A stretch of 64,000 nt of DNA from Malacoraja senta (taxonomy: Eukaryota). Positions 28,701 through 40,700 of this stretch are shown here, piece after piece. How positions within the stretch are numbered: position 1 is the stretch's first letter; each line of letters opens with the position of its first letter. The DNA lies in NCBI GenBank assembly GCA_038087875.1, contig CM075991.1, positions 6,138,001 through 6,202,000 on the forward strand, read 5' to 3'. The translations under genes and the position numbers were made by a program. The notes beneath the pieces are model-generated. The model had not been told where the DNA came from, ran no database searches, and saw only the letters and a list, made by a program, of their open reading frames with translations.

Positions 28701-31700
28701 TGCGGCATGAGTCGCTGCCTTACAGCACCAGAGACCCAGGTTCGATCCTCACAACGGCAGCTGTCTGCACCAAGTTTGAATGTTTTCCGCGTGACCGCGT
28801 GGGTGCTCCGGTTCCCTCCCACACTCCAAAGATGTACAGGTTTGTAGGTTCATTGGCTTCTGCAAATTGTCTCTAGTGTGTAGCATAGTTCTAGTGTACA
28901 GGGTGATCGCTGGTCGGCTCAGACTCGGTGGGCCAAAGGGCCAGTTTCCACGTTGTACTTCCAAAGACTAAAGGAAAAGCCATGGCAGACAGCACTACAG
29001 CTTCTAGAGAGGCATCGTTCACAGCAGCGGATAGTACAATACATGGGACAGGGCAGTAGCAAAGGAGTTAGTCTTTTTTTTTTGAGAAAGGACTACACAT
29101 GAGGGGGAATCATTTGCTGAGATATGGGGAAAGAATAGGATAGTGCAGGGGTCGGGAACCTACGGCCCCCGGGCCGAATGAGGCCCGTAACCCAAAATCA
29201 TCCGGCCCGCAGTCGTATTTTTTTTTCTGTAATCATCCAGCCCGCAGACTTTCATCATCTCCGGTACCTCACGGGCCCGAGGCCGGGGCGCGCAGGCACG
29301 GTGACGCAGCAGTGGCGGTAGCAATGGCGGAACCGCCAAGCGCCGGCCTCTGGCTGTACCGCAGCCTGCGCAAAGCCGCCAGCACGGCCGCGCACCTTCT
29401 GTGTCTGGGCTTCACTGTCGGGATCGGGGTTGTCAATAGGCCGGGGCCGTGTGAGTGTGAGTATTTGAGCCACCGCCTTCAGGACCGAGCCAAGGCAATG
29501 GTCCGTAGGTACGCCATGTTCGTGAGGGCCCGTAACTAGGGGCCAGTGGTCCGTCCTCGAAGGGGCCGGGATCTATGTGAACACGTGAACACGTGATTTG
29601 ATGCCTGTCATCCGTGGGCGGGATGGGAGCGGGATCCGTGTGTACATGTGATAGATGTGGCCCGCCATCCGCTCACAGACATACTTCCTGGCCCCTATGC
29701 AGAACAAGGTTGCCGACCCCTGGGATAGTGGGATGAATTAGAAAAAGGCGCGAGACTATGCTGTGAATGAACTCCTGCCGAGCTTCACTCTATTATGGGC
29801 TGGAAGATAATGGGCAGCAATGCAGCAGAGCTGTCCACTCACAGCTCCAGTGATTCAGGTTCAAGCCCAGCCTCGGTGTACAGATTGCATGTTCTCCCAA
29901 CTTTCATGAGTTTCCCTCAGGTGTTCCAGTTCCCTGCCGCATCCCAAACATGTGCAGATTGCGTTAATTGATGGCGTGAACTGTCTGTTGTGAGCGGGAG
30001 AATCTGGGGGGAGTTAATGGGGAGTGTGTAAACCAGGCTGGGGTGGGATTGGTGTACATGGGTGATCGATGGGCAGCATGGGTCTGGTTGGGTAAAGAGT
30101 CTGTTTCCATGCCGTAAAACTACAGGCAAGACTTCCGAAGAAGGGTGCCGACCCGAAACGTCACCCATTCCTTCTCTCCAGAGATGCTGCCTGTCCCGCT
30201 GAGTTACTCCAGCTTTTTGTATCTTTTTATAGGCAAGTCTTGTACTTTTCCATATAATGCTTTTGGCTCGTTTTGTATTGGAATTTCATTCGGGGAACAT
30301 ACAAGTAGCCTGAACTGCTTCAATTCTAACACACAACTGGCAGGGTGGCACAGCGGTAGAGTTGCTGCCTTACAGCGCCAGAGACCCAGGTTCCATCCGG
30401 ACTACGGGTGCTGTCTGTGCGGAGTGTGCACGCTCTCCCCCGGGATCTGCAGGACGATTCTCCAGGAGCTCTGGTTTCCTCCCACATTCCACAGAGGTAC
30501 AGGTTTGGTAGGTTAATTGGCAACGGTAAAATTGTAAATTGTCCCAAGTGTAGGAAAGTGCTAGTGTGCAAGGACTATCTGAAGTTAGAGAAGTCAATGC
30601 TCATACCGCTGGGGTGTAAACTACCTAAGCGAAACATGAGGTGCTGTTCCTCCAAAGTGTAGTGTGCAGGAATTATGTTCATCTACACGCTATAATTAAA
30701 CTTTAAAATAAATCTGAACTCGGGGCATACCTGGAGCCGTGACCATGTGCTGGTCAGTGCGGACTCGGTGGGCCAAAGGGCCTGTTTCCACTTTGTATCT
30801 CTAAACTCAACTGAACAATCCAGTGGAATATTGCATAAGGGTGATACCAAAGCCATCACTACTCCACCTAGTGATCTTTGTGTACAATGCACAGAGGACC
30901 AAGAACAATTCCTCCAAGTATGCTCCCAGATCAGATTTCTATTAAAGTTTAATTGCGGCGCGGAGATGAACACAATCGAATTTCTAGGCCAAACGATCAT
31001 CTTACCGTCTCACATTCCTGCAACATTTCAGAGAAATAATGAGCTGGCTGCCAGGACTCACATCAGCACCCGAATAGATCACCGAAATTGGTGATCAATC
31101 AATATAACCAGACTCTGAAGAAGGNNNNNNNNNNNNNNNNNNNNNNNNNNNNNNNNNNNNNNNNNNNNNNNNNNNNNNNNNNNNNNNNNNNNNNNNNNNN
31201 NNNNNNNNNNNNNNNNNNNNNNNNNNNNNNNNNNNNNNNNNNNNNNNNNNNNNNNNNNNNNNNNNNNNNNNNNNNNNNNNNNNNNNNNNNNNNNNNNNNN
31301 NNNNNNNNNNNNNNNNNNNNNNNNGGTCTCGACCCAAAACGTAACCCATCCCTTCTCTCCAGAGATGCTGCCTGTCCCGTTGAGTTACTCCAGCTTTTTG
31401 TGTCCATCTTCGGTTCAAGTTCAAGTTCACATTTATTGTCACATACACCAATTGGCAGTGAAATTTGACTTGCCGTACAGCCATACAAATAAAAAGAACA
31501 CAATACCAGATAGAGTTTAACATAAACATCCCCCACAGCAGAATCAACGTTTCCCAATGTGATTGAAGGCGATAAAGTTCAGTCATCTTCCTCTTTTGTT
31601 CACCCGTGGTCAGGGCCTTTGAACCCTCTCGCCGGGGTGATCGGAACTCCGTCGTCGTAACGGATCGGAACACACTCGTGGCTTGGAGTTTCCGAACCGG

Positions 31701-34700
31701 CCGCTTCTTACCGGAGACCGCGACTTCCGAAGTCCACAGGCCGAGCTGGGCGGAGCTCCAACACTGGCGACCCCCGGCAAAAGATCCCAGGCCTCCGCGA
31801 TGTTAAAGTCAGTGTCGCGCCGGCGCTGGAAGCTCCGCAAACCACAGCTCCACGGTGTTAAAGTCAGCAGGCCCAACACTCCGGAGCTCCAACACAGGCG
31901 ATCCCCGGCAAGGCATCGTCCCACTCCTCGATGCGCCGCTGCTGAAGCTCTGGGCCGGTCTCCGGTAGGAAAGGCCGCGCCAATCCAGTTAGTAGGCCGC
32001 GAGGGGGAGGCAAAGATGCGACACAGAGAAAAGACGCATCTCCGTCCAGGTAAGTGACTGAAAAACGGTTTCCCCCATCCCCCCCCCCCCCCCACATAAG
32101 ACATATTAAGAACATTTAAAACATACAATTAGACACACTAAAAATAACAAAAAGGGCAAAAGGACTAACAGCAGCTGGCGAGGCAGCCATTGCTGGCGCC
32201 ACCCGGTGTTCGGTTAAATCTTCGGTTCAAATTTTCCCAAATGTATCATCTATTTGTGATAAATGTCAATCCCAAGAAGCTACTATAGCGCACTCATTCG
32301 TTTTCTGTACAAAAATTCAAAAATTTTGGAATGAATTTTTGAAATCTTTACAAAGTTATTTAAAACAAGACTGATACCCAAAGCAGAATGGATTATCTTC
32401 GGAATAACGGAAGATGGTCCAGAACTAAATGTGTTTCAAAAGAAACTAATGGACTATGGGTTAATAATTGGAAAAAGCTAATTCTAAAATTTTGGAAGAA
32501 GGCTCCAATACAACTATAAATATGTGGATTTCAAATATGTTTGAAACATTACACCTAGAAGAGATAAGACTCCTCCTAGCAGGTAAACCAGTTCACTTCC
32601 ACCTGACGTGGTCTGCATTTATAGAATTATTACAAACATAGGGTGCAAAAGTACTTTAAAAAAAAAAAAAAAAATTGAGGTCAGGTAAGGGGGGATGATA
32701 GTTGAAGAGTTGTATGTCCCATTTACGTAATGCTCATAAAAATATTTGTTTCTCTCTTTTTCCTCTTTCTCTCTCTCTCTCTCTTTCTTCCTAGGGTCTA
32801 TTTCTTAACTCTTTTTCTTTCGTTTTTAATTTTGCTCTTATAGGGTCTTCGTCCTTTTTTGTTGTCACATTTCCTACACTTTCACTTTTTCCTTCCACTT
32901 TCTTCTTTCTTTCATCTTTTCCTTTTCTAGTGTAAAAAATAAATGGAGTCCATTAATTGTAAGAAGATATAAATGACGAGTATATGTATGTGGTTGTAAT
33001 GTAATGTACTTCTAATAAATAAAAATTAAAAAAAAATCTTCGGTTAAACCTGCATCTGCAGTTCCTTCCTACACAATATAACTAGAGTAACAACTGTCCC
33101 ATCTCTGCCGGTCATAAGGTAAGCTCAATACCCACGTCAAGGTATCTTGACCAATCTTAAATCTAACAACCGCTAGGCGACTTGGACATGATTATGGAGG
33201 CCAGTGTGTTAGCACCGTGCTCAAACAACTCTTACTTTCTCTGGAGTGTTGTTCTCGTTCCCGTACACCGCCATCAGCTCGGTGACCTCCGTGTCCTGCT
33301 CGCTGCTGGCTGGAACCGCACCGTTCATCACCACCTAAGAGGACCAACAAGAGACAGGGACTCAGAAGAGGGTAGAAGCAAGGCGACTGACGGAGCTCCT
33401 AAAGCGGCAGGAACGGTTTAGGCTTATTGGTGTCACGCGTACCGAGACGGAGTGGTTTTGCCATGCTTTCCAATCAGATCAGATAACACTGTACATAAAT
33501 ACAAGTCAAGTCAAATCCAAGCACGATAGGAAGAGCAAAGGGGAAAATACGGAGGGCAGGATATAGCACTCGGCATTGTAGCGCATCAGCTTCATAGAGT
33601 TTAACAGCAAAGAAAAAAAGAGTTAAATATCCGACAATGTGCAAGGCTTGCAATACAAAGCACACATGAAGCTGTAGGGAATATGTGGCTCTAGGGCCCT
33701 AGAAAGAACAATAGTGGCCAGTTCCCCTCAGCAACTTGAGCGCCCTAAAAGACTACAAAAAGTGGTAAACACTGCCCAGTCCATGATCGGCTCCAACCTC
33801 CCTTCCATCGAGGGGATCTATCGCAGTCGCTGCCTCAAAAAGGCTGGCAGTATCATCAAGGACCCCACACCATCCTGGCCACACACTCATCTCCCTGCTA
33901 CCTTTGGGTAGAAGGTACAGGAGCCTGAAGACTGCAATGACCAGGTTCAGGAATAGCTACTTCCCCACAGCCATCAGGCTATTGAACTTGGCTCGGACAA
34001 AACTCTGAACATTAATAGCCCATTATCTGTTATTTGTACTTTATCGGTTTATTTATTCATGTGTGTATATATTTATATAATGGTATATGGACACACCGAT
34101 CTGTTTTGTAGTCAATGCCTACTATGTTCTGTTGTGCTGAAGCAAAGCAAGAATTTCATTGTCCTATCAGGGACACATGACAATAAACTCACTTGAACTT
34201 GAACTTGAGTTCACCACTTTGTCATGAGTTTCACATTCAGATGACTCAATTGAAATCCTTTGGCAACGAGTACCAAACCAATATCGCAACTGTCAACATG
34301 CTCTACACACTGAATCATTAGGCGTGTGTCTGATAGCAGCAAACATTCATGACATAATAAGGGTCTTAAAACACGTGACTGCAAATTCTGTATCAGTCTG
34401 TAGTAACTCCCGTTACCTGAAGGAACAAAGATTGAGCAAAACGTTTAACTTTGGGATTTGATAACAGGCCAACCTCTTGCCTGAACTTGGCATGTTATGG
34501 TGCCCACCTTTCGCTTCTGGTCACTCGTGGAGGAAAGGGGAGCAGATCTACAACTTGCCACCAGGTAATAGAAACCCGGCAACTGCAGATGCTGCTTTAC
34601 AAAAGAAGAACACAGTGCCGTGTTGCATCCGACACCATCGCAGGAGAATATGGATAGGCGATTTTTCAAGTCAAGATGCTTCTTCAGACTGACTGCATTG

Positions 34701-37700
34701 GGGGTTGGGTTGGTTTGATTGGCAAAAGGTTGGAAGAAAGATTAAACACAGAAGGTGTAAAACAAGAGGATTGAAGAGCTGCAAATTGTGAAGTCAGAGG
34801 AAGGAATGTGGGGAGAGGGGTGGAGAAATAGGTGCGAGTCCAGGCGGGGCACAGGGGAGGTGATGAGTGGGAAGAAGTTATGAGAGGTTATCTAAAATTG
34901 CAGAATTCAATGTTGATACCGTTGGGTTGTTAGGTCCCCAAGCTAGCAAGCCCTGTTCTGAAGGAGTATTAAACCCGAGGTTATTGTCACGGTCAAATGG
35001 GCTAGTTAAAGGTCTGGTGCTAGATCGTAACTCACAGGATCCTGCACTGGTCAGCACTTAACCAACCGTAATATCAAAATTGTTCCAGCCAGTTCTTGTC
35101 CAATAGTGAAGTCATAATCGCCCATCTTCGACAAAATTCCATTACAGAATGTAGGGGATGTGATTTGATCCATAATGTTTGGGACAAAGACCCATCATTT
35201 ATTTATTTGCCTCTGTACTCCACAATTTGATATTTGTTATAGAAAAAAAAAAATCACATGTGGTTGTCAGATTAAAATAAAGGCAATTTTTATACATTTT
35301 GGTTTCACCATTTTGGTTTCACCATGTAGAAATTACAGCAGTGTGTATACATAGTCCCCCCCCCCCCCCCATTTCAGGGCACCATAATGTTTGGGACCCA
35401 GCAATGTCATGTAAATAAAAGTAGTCATGTTTAGTATTTTGTTGCATATCCTTTGCATGCAATGACTGCTTGAAGTCTGCGATTCATGGACTTCACCAGT
35501 TGCTGAATGTCTTCTCTGGTGATGCTCTGCATGGTCTGTATTGCAGCCATCTTTACCTTATGCTTGTTTTGGGGGCTAGTCCCCTTCAGTTTTCTCTTCA
35601 GCATATAAAAGGCATGCTCAATTGGGTTCAGATCGGGTGATTGACTTGGCCACTCAAGAATTGACCATTTTTTAGCTTTGAAAAACTCCTTTGTTACTTT
35701 AGCGGTATGTTTGGGATCATTGTCTTGCTGTAAACGCTGGCCAATGAGTTTTGAGGCATTTGTTTGAACTTGAGCAGAACTTTGTTTGAACTTGAACTTG
35801 TGGCTATACACTTCAGAATTAATTATGCTACTACCATTAGTAGATGTATCATCAATGAAGATAAGTGAGCCCGTTCCTTCAGCAGCCATACATGCCCAGC
35901 CCATAACCAACTCCGACCACCGTGTTTCACAGATGAGGTGGTATAGAAACATAGAAACATAGAAAATAGGTGGAGTAGGCCATTCGGCCCTTCGAGCCTG
36001 CACCGCCATTCAATATGATCATGGCTGATCATCCAACTCAGTATCCCGTACCTGCCTTCTCTCCATATCCCCTGATCCCCTTAGCCACAAGGGCCACATC
36101 TAACTCCCTCTTAAATATAGCCAATGAACTGGCCTCAACTACCCTCTGTGGCAGAGAGTTCCAGAGATTCACCACTCTCTGTGTGAAAAAGTTTTTCCTC
36201 ATCTCGGTCTTAAAGGATTTCCCCCTTATCCTTAAGCTGTGACCCCTTGTCCTGGACTTCCCCAACATCGGGAACAATCTTCCTGCATCTAGCCTGTCCA
36301 ACCCCATAAGAATTTTGTATGTTTCTATAAGATCCCCTCTCAATCTCCTAAATTCTAGCGAGTATAAGCCAAGTCTATCCAGTCTTTCTTCATATGAAAG
36401 TCCTGACATCCCAGGAATCAGTCTGGTGAACCTTCTCTGCACTCCCTCTATGGCTATAATGTCCTTCCTCAAATTTGGAGACCAAAACTGTACGCAATAC
36501 TCCAGGTGTGGTCTCACCAAGACCCTGTACAACTGCAGTAGAACCTCCCTGCTCCTATACTCAAATCCTTTTGCTATGAAGGCCAACATACCATTCGCTT
36601 TCTTCACTGCCTGCTGCACCTGCATGCCTACTTTCAATGACTGGTGTACCATGACACCCAGGTCTCGCTGCATCTCCCCATTTCCTAATCGGCCACCATT
36701 TAGATAATAGTCTGCCTTCCCGTTTTTGCCACCAAACTGGATAACCTCACATTTATCCACATTATACTGCATCTGCCAAACATTTGCCCACTCACCCAGC
36801 CTATCCAAGTCACCTTGCAGTCTCCTAGCATCCTCCTCACAGCTAACATTGCCCCCCAGCTTAGTGTCATCCGCAAACTTGGAGATGTTGCTTTCAATTC
36901 CCTCATCCAGTTCATTAATAAAAATTGTAAATAGCTGGGGTCCCAGCACTGAGCCTTGTGGTACCCCACTAGTCACTGCCTGCCATTGTGAAAAGGACCC
37001 GTTTACTCCTACTCTTTGCTTCCTGTTTTCCAGCCAGTTCTCTATCCACATCAATACTGAACCCCCAATACCGTGTGATTTAAGGTTGTATCCTAATCTC
37101 TTATGTGGTACCTTGTCGAAAGCCTTCTGAAAGTCCAGATACAACACATCCACTGGATCTCCCCTATCCACTCTACTAGTTACATCCTCGAAAAATTCTA
37201 TAAGATTCGTCAGACACGATTTACCTTTCGTAAATCCATGCTGACTTTGTCCAATGATTTCACCACTTTCCAAATGTGCTGCTATCCCATCTTTAATAAC
37301 TGACTCTAGCAGTTTCCCCACTACCGATGTTAGACTAACTGGTCTGTAATTCCCCGTTTTCTCTCTCCCTCCCTTCTTAAAAAGTGGGGTTACGTTTGCT
37401 ACCCTCCAATCCTCAGGAACTACTCCAGAATCTAAAGTTTTGAAAAATTATCACTAATGCATCCACTATTTCTGGAGCTACTTCCTTAAGTACTCTGGGA
37501 TGCAGCCTATCTGGCCCTGGTGATTTATCGGCCTTTAATCCATTCAATTTACCCAACACCACTTCCCCCGACTAACCTGGATTTCACTCAGTTCCTCCAT
37601 CTCCTTTGACCCGCGGCCCCCTGCTATTTCCGGCAGATTATTTATGTCTTCCTTAGTGAAGACGGAACCAAAGTAGTTATTCAATTGGTCCGCCATATCC

Positions 37701-40700
37701 TTGTTCCCCATGATCAATTCACCTGTTTCTGACTGCAAGGGACCTACATTTGTTTTAACTAATCTCTTTCTCTTCACATATCTATAAAAACTTTTGCAGT
37801 CAGTTTTTATGTTCCCTGCCAGTTTCCTTTCATAATCTATTTTCCCTTTCCTAATTAAGCCCTTTGTCCTCCTCTGCTGGTCTCTGAATTTCTCCCAGTC
37901 CTCTGGTATGCTGCTTTTTCTGGCTAATTTGTACGCATCATCTTTTGCTTTGATACTATCCCTGATTTCCCTTGTTATCCACGGATGCACTACCTTCCCT
38001 GATTTATTCTTTTGCCAAACTGGGATGACCAATTTTTGTAGTTCATCCATGCAGTCTTTAAATGCCTTCCATTGCATATCCACCGTCAACCCTTTTAGAA
38101 CTAATTGCCAGTGAATCTTGGCCAATTCACGTCTCATACCCTCAAAGTTACCTTTCTTTAAGTTCAGAACCGTTGTTTCTGAATTAACAATGTCACTCTC
38201 CATCCTAATGAAGAACTCAACCATATTATGGTCACTCTTGCCCAAGGGGGCACGCACAACAAGACTGCTAACTAACCCTTCCTCATTACTCAATACCCAG
38301 TCTAGAATAGCCTGCTCTCTCGTTGGTTCCTCTACATGTTGGTTTAGATAACTATCTCGCATACATTCCAAGAAATCCTCTTCCTCAGCACCCCTGCCAA
38401 TTTGATTCACCCAATCTATATGTAGATTGAAGTCATCCATTATAACTGTTTTGCCTTTGTTGCACGCATTTCTAATTTCCTGTTTGATGCCATCCCCAAC
38501 TTCACTACTACTGCTAGGTGGCCTGTACACAACACCCACCAGCGTTTTCTGCCCCTTAGTGTTTCGCAGCTCTACCCATACCGATTCCACATCCTCCAAG
38601 CTAATGTCCTTCCTTTCCACTGCCTTAATCTCCTCTCTAACCAGCAACGCTACCCCACCTCCTTTTCCTTTCTCTCTATCCCTCCTGAATATTGAATATC
38701 CCTGGATGTTCAGCTCCCAGCCTTGGTCACCCTGGAGCCATGTCTCCGTGATCCCAACTATATCATAATCATTAATTGCTATCTGCACGTTCAACTCATC
38801 CACCTTATTACGAATGCTCCTTGCATTGAGACACAAAGCCTTCTGGCTTGTTTTTACAACGCTCTTACCCCTTATACAATTATGTTGAAAAGTGGCCCTT
38901 TTTGATTTTTGCCCTGGATTTGTCTGCCTGCCACTTTTACTTTTCACCTTGCTACCTATTGCTTCCGCCCGCATTTTACACCCCTCTGTTTCTCTGCTCA
39001 CCCATTTAAGAACCCCACCACCTCTTATTCTCTGTTTATTATTGTTTTCTTCTTTCCCCCCTACATGTTGGGTCTGAGTGCTTTCCTTCTCTGCCTCCTG
39101 CCTCACACACTGTCTAATAGCATTCTCTATTTGAGTCCCTCCCCCCAACCATTCTAGTTTAAAGTCTCCCCTTTGGATCTTGGCCAGTTCCTTATCTCCT
39201 CCATACTTTGCTCTTGCCATCACTCTGATATAAGTTAATCTTCATCTAATCTGTCCACAAGACCTTTTTCCAGAACTGCAATTGCTCTTATACGTACTTC
39301 TTGGCAAACTGTAACCTGGCCATCCTATTTCTGCGGCTAACCAGTGGTTTGCATCTTGCAGTGTCGCCTCTGTATTTCTGTTCATGAAGTCTTCTGTGGA
39401 CAGTGGTCATTGACAAATCCACACCTGACTCCTGAAGACCTTTTCTAATCTGTCGGACATATAAGATTGTTAAGGGCTTGGACACGCTAGAGGCAGGAAA
39501 CATGTTCCCGATGTTGGGGGAGTCCAGAACCAGGGGCCACAGTTTAAGAATAAGGAGTAAGCCATTTAGAACGGAGACAAGGAAACACTTTTTCTCACAG
39601 AGAGTGGTGAGTCTGCGGAATTCTCTGCCTCAGAGGGAGCTGGAGGCAGGTTCTCTGGATGCTTTCAAGAGAGAGCTAGATAGGGCTCCTAAAAATAGCA
39701 GAGTCAGGGAATGTGGGGAGAAGGCAGGAACGGGGTACTGATTGGGGATGATCAAGATTTAAGATATACCTTTAATAATCCTTTGCAGGAAATTACAATG
39801 CCACGACAGCTTCAAGACATACATAACACCACAAATAGCTTCCATACTTAACAAGTTAAAATACAAGTTAAAATACAAGTTAAAATACAATTAATTTAAA
39901 AAAAGTGCAGTTATTTATGCGCATTGTATAACCTTATCGCAGCTGGTAAACAGGACTTCCTATGTCTCTCCGTTTTGCACATTGGTGCAATCAGTCTCTG
40001 ACTGAAGCTGATCAGCCATGATCACATTGAATGGCAGTGCTGGCACGAAGGGCCGAATGGCCTACTCCTGCACCTATTGTCTATTGTCTATTGACAGGTG
40101 TTTGGGGATTTTTCTTTATTATAGAGATAATTATTCTGTCATCTTCTGTGGAGGTCTTCCTTGGCCTGCCAGTCCATTTGCAATTAGTAAGCTCACCAGT
40201 GCTCTCTTTCTTCTTAATGGTGTTCCAAACAGTTGATTTTGGTAAGCCTAAGGTTTGGCTGATGTCTCTAACAGTTTTATTCTTGTTTCTCAGTCTCATA
40301 ATGGCTTCTTTGACTTTCATTGGCACAACTTTGGTCCTCATGTTGATAAACAGCAATAAAAGTTTCCAAAGGTGACTGGAGGAAAGACTAGGTGCTGAGA
40401 ACTCTCTTATAACAGCATTAAGGAAGCATTTAAACACACCTGAGCAATTACAAACACCTGTGAAGCATGTGTCCCAAACATTATTGCACCCTGAAATGGG
40501 GGGGACTATGTACAAACACAGCTGCAATTTCTACATGGTGAAACCAAAATGTATAAAAATACCATTTAATAAAATCTGACAATGTGCACTTTAATCACAT
40601 GTGATTTTTTCTATTACAAATCTCAAATTGTGGAGTATAGAGGCAAATAAATAAATGATGCGTCTTTCTCCCAAACATTATGGAGGGCACTGTACCAATG

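Larger units (their letters stand above)
35169..40692 (-). mobile_element. Tc1-family IR/DR DNA transposon (Sleeping Beauty-like architecture), decayed and interrupted by nested LINEs
   Basis: About 230-bp inverted repeats, each with two ccataatgtttgggac-like direct repeats. The right end is cactg|TA. Transposase pieces: HTH/GRPRKT (40094-40341), ARCKPL...WTD (39171-39457) and VKHGG...QQDNDPKHT...[12 protein letters not shown] (35431-35945). Confidence 0.93.

Noticed and set aside
29312..29539. Functional nested CYB561D2 gene
   Set aside because: No downstream exons (SLFSWHP..., FSFLMTE...) were found and the exon is bounded by TIRs and a TSD. Treated as captured cargo.
37544..39223. 559-aa ORF as a novel fusion gene
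   Set aside because: The first ~17 codons are an off-frame read of Tc1 sequence running into a truncated CR1. This is a chance junction.
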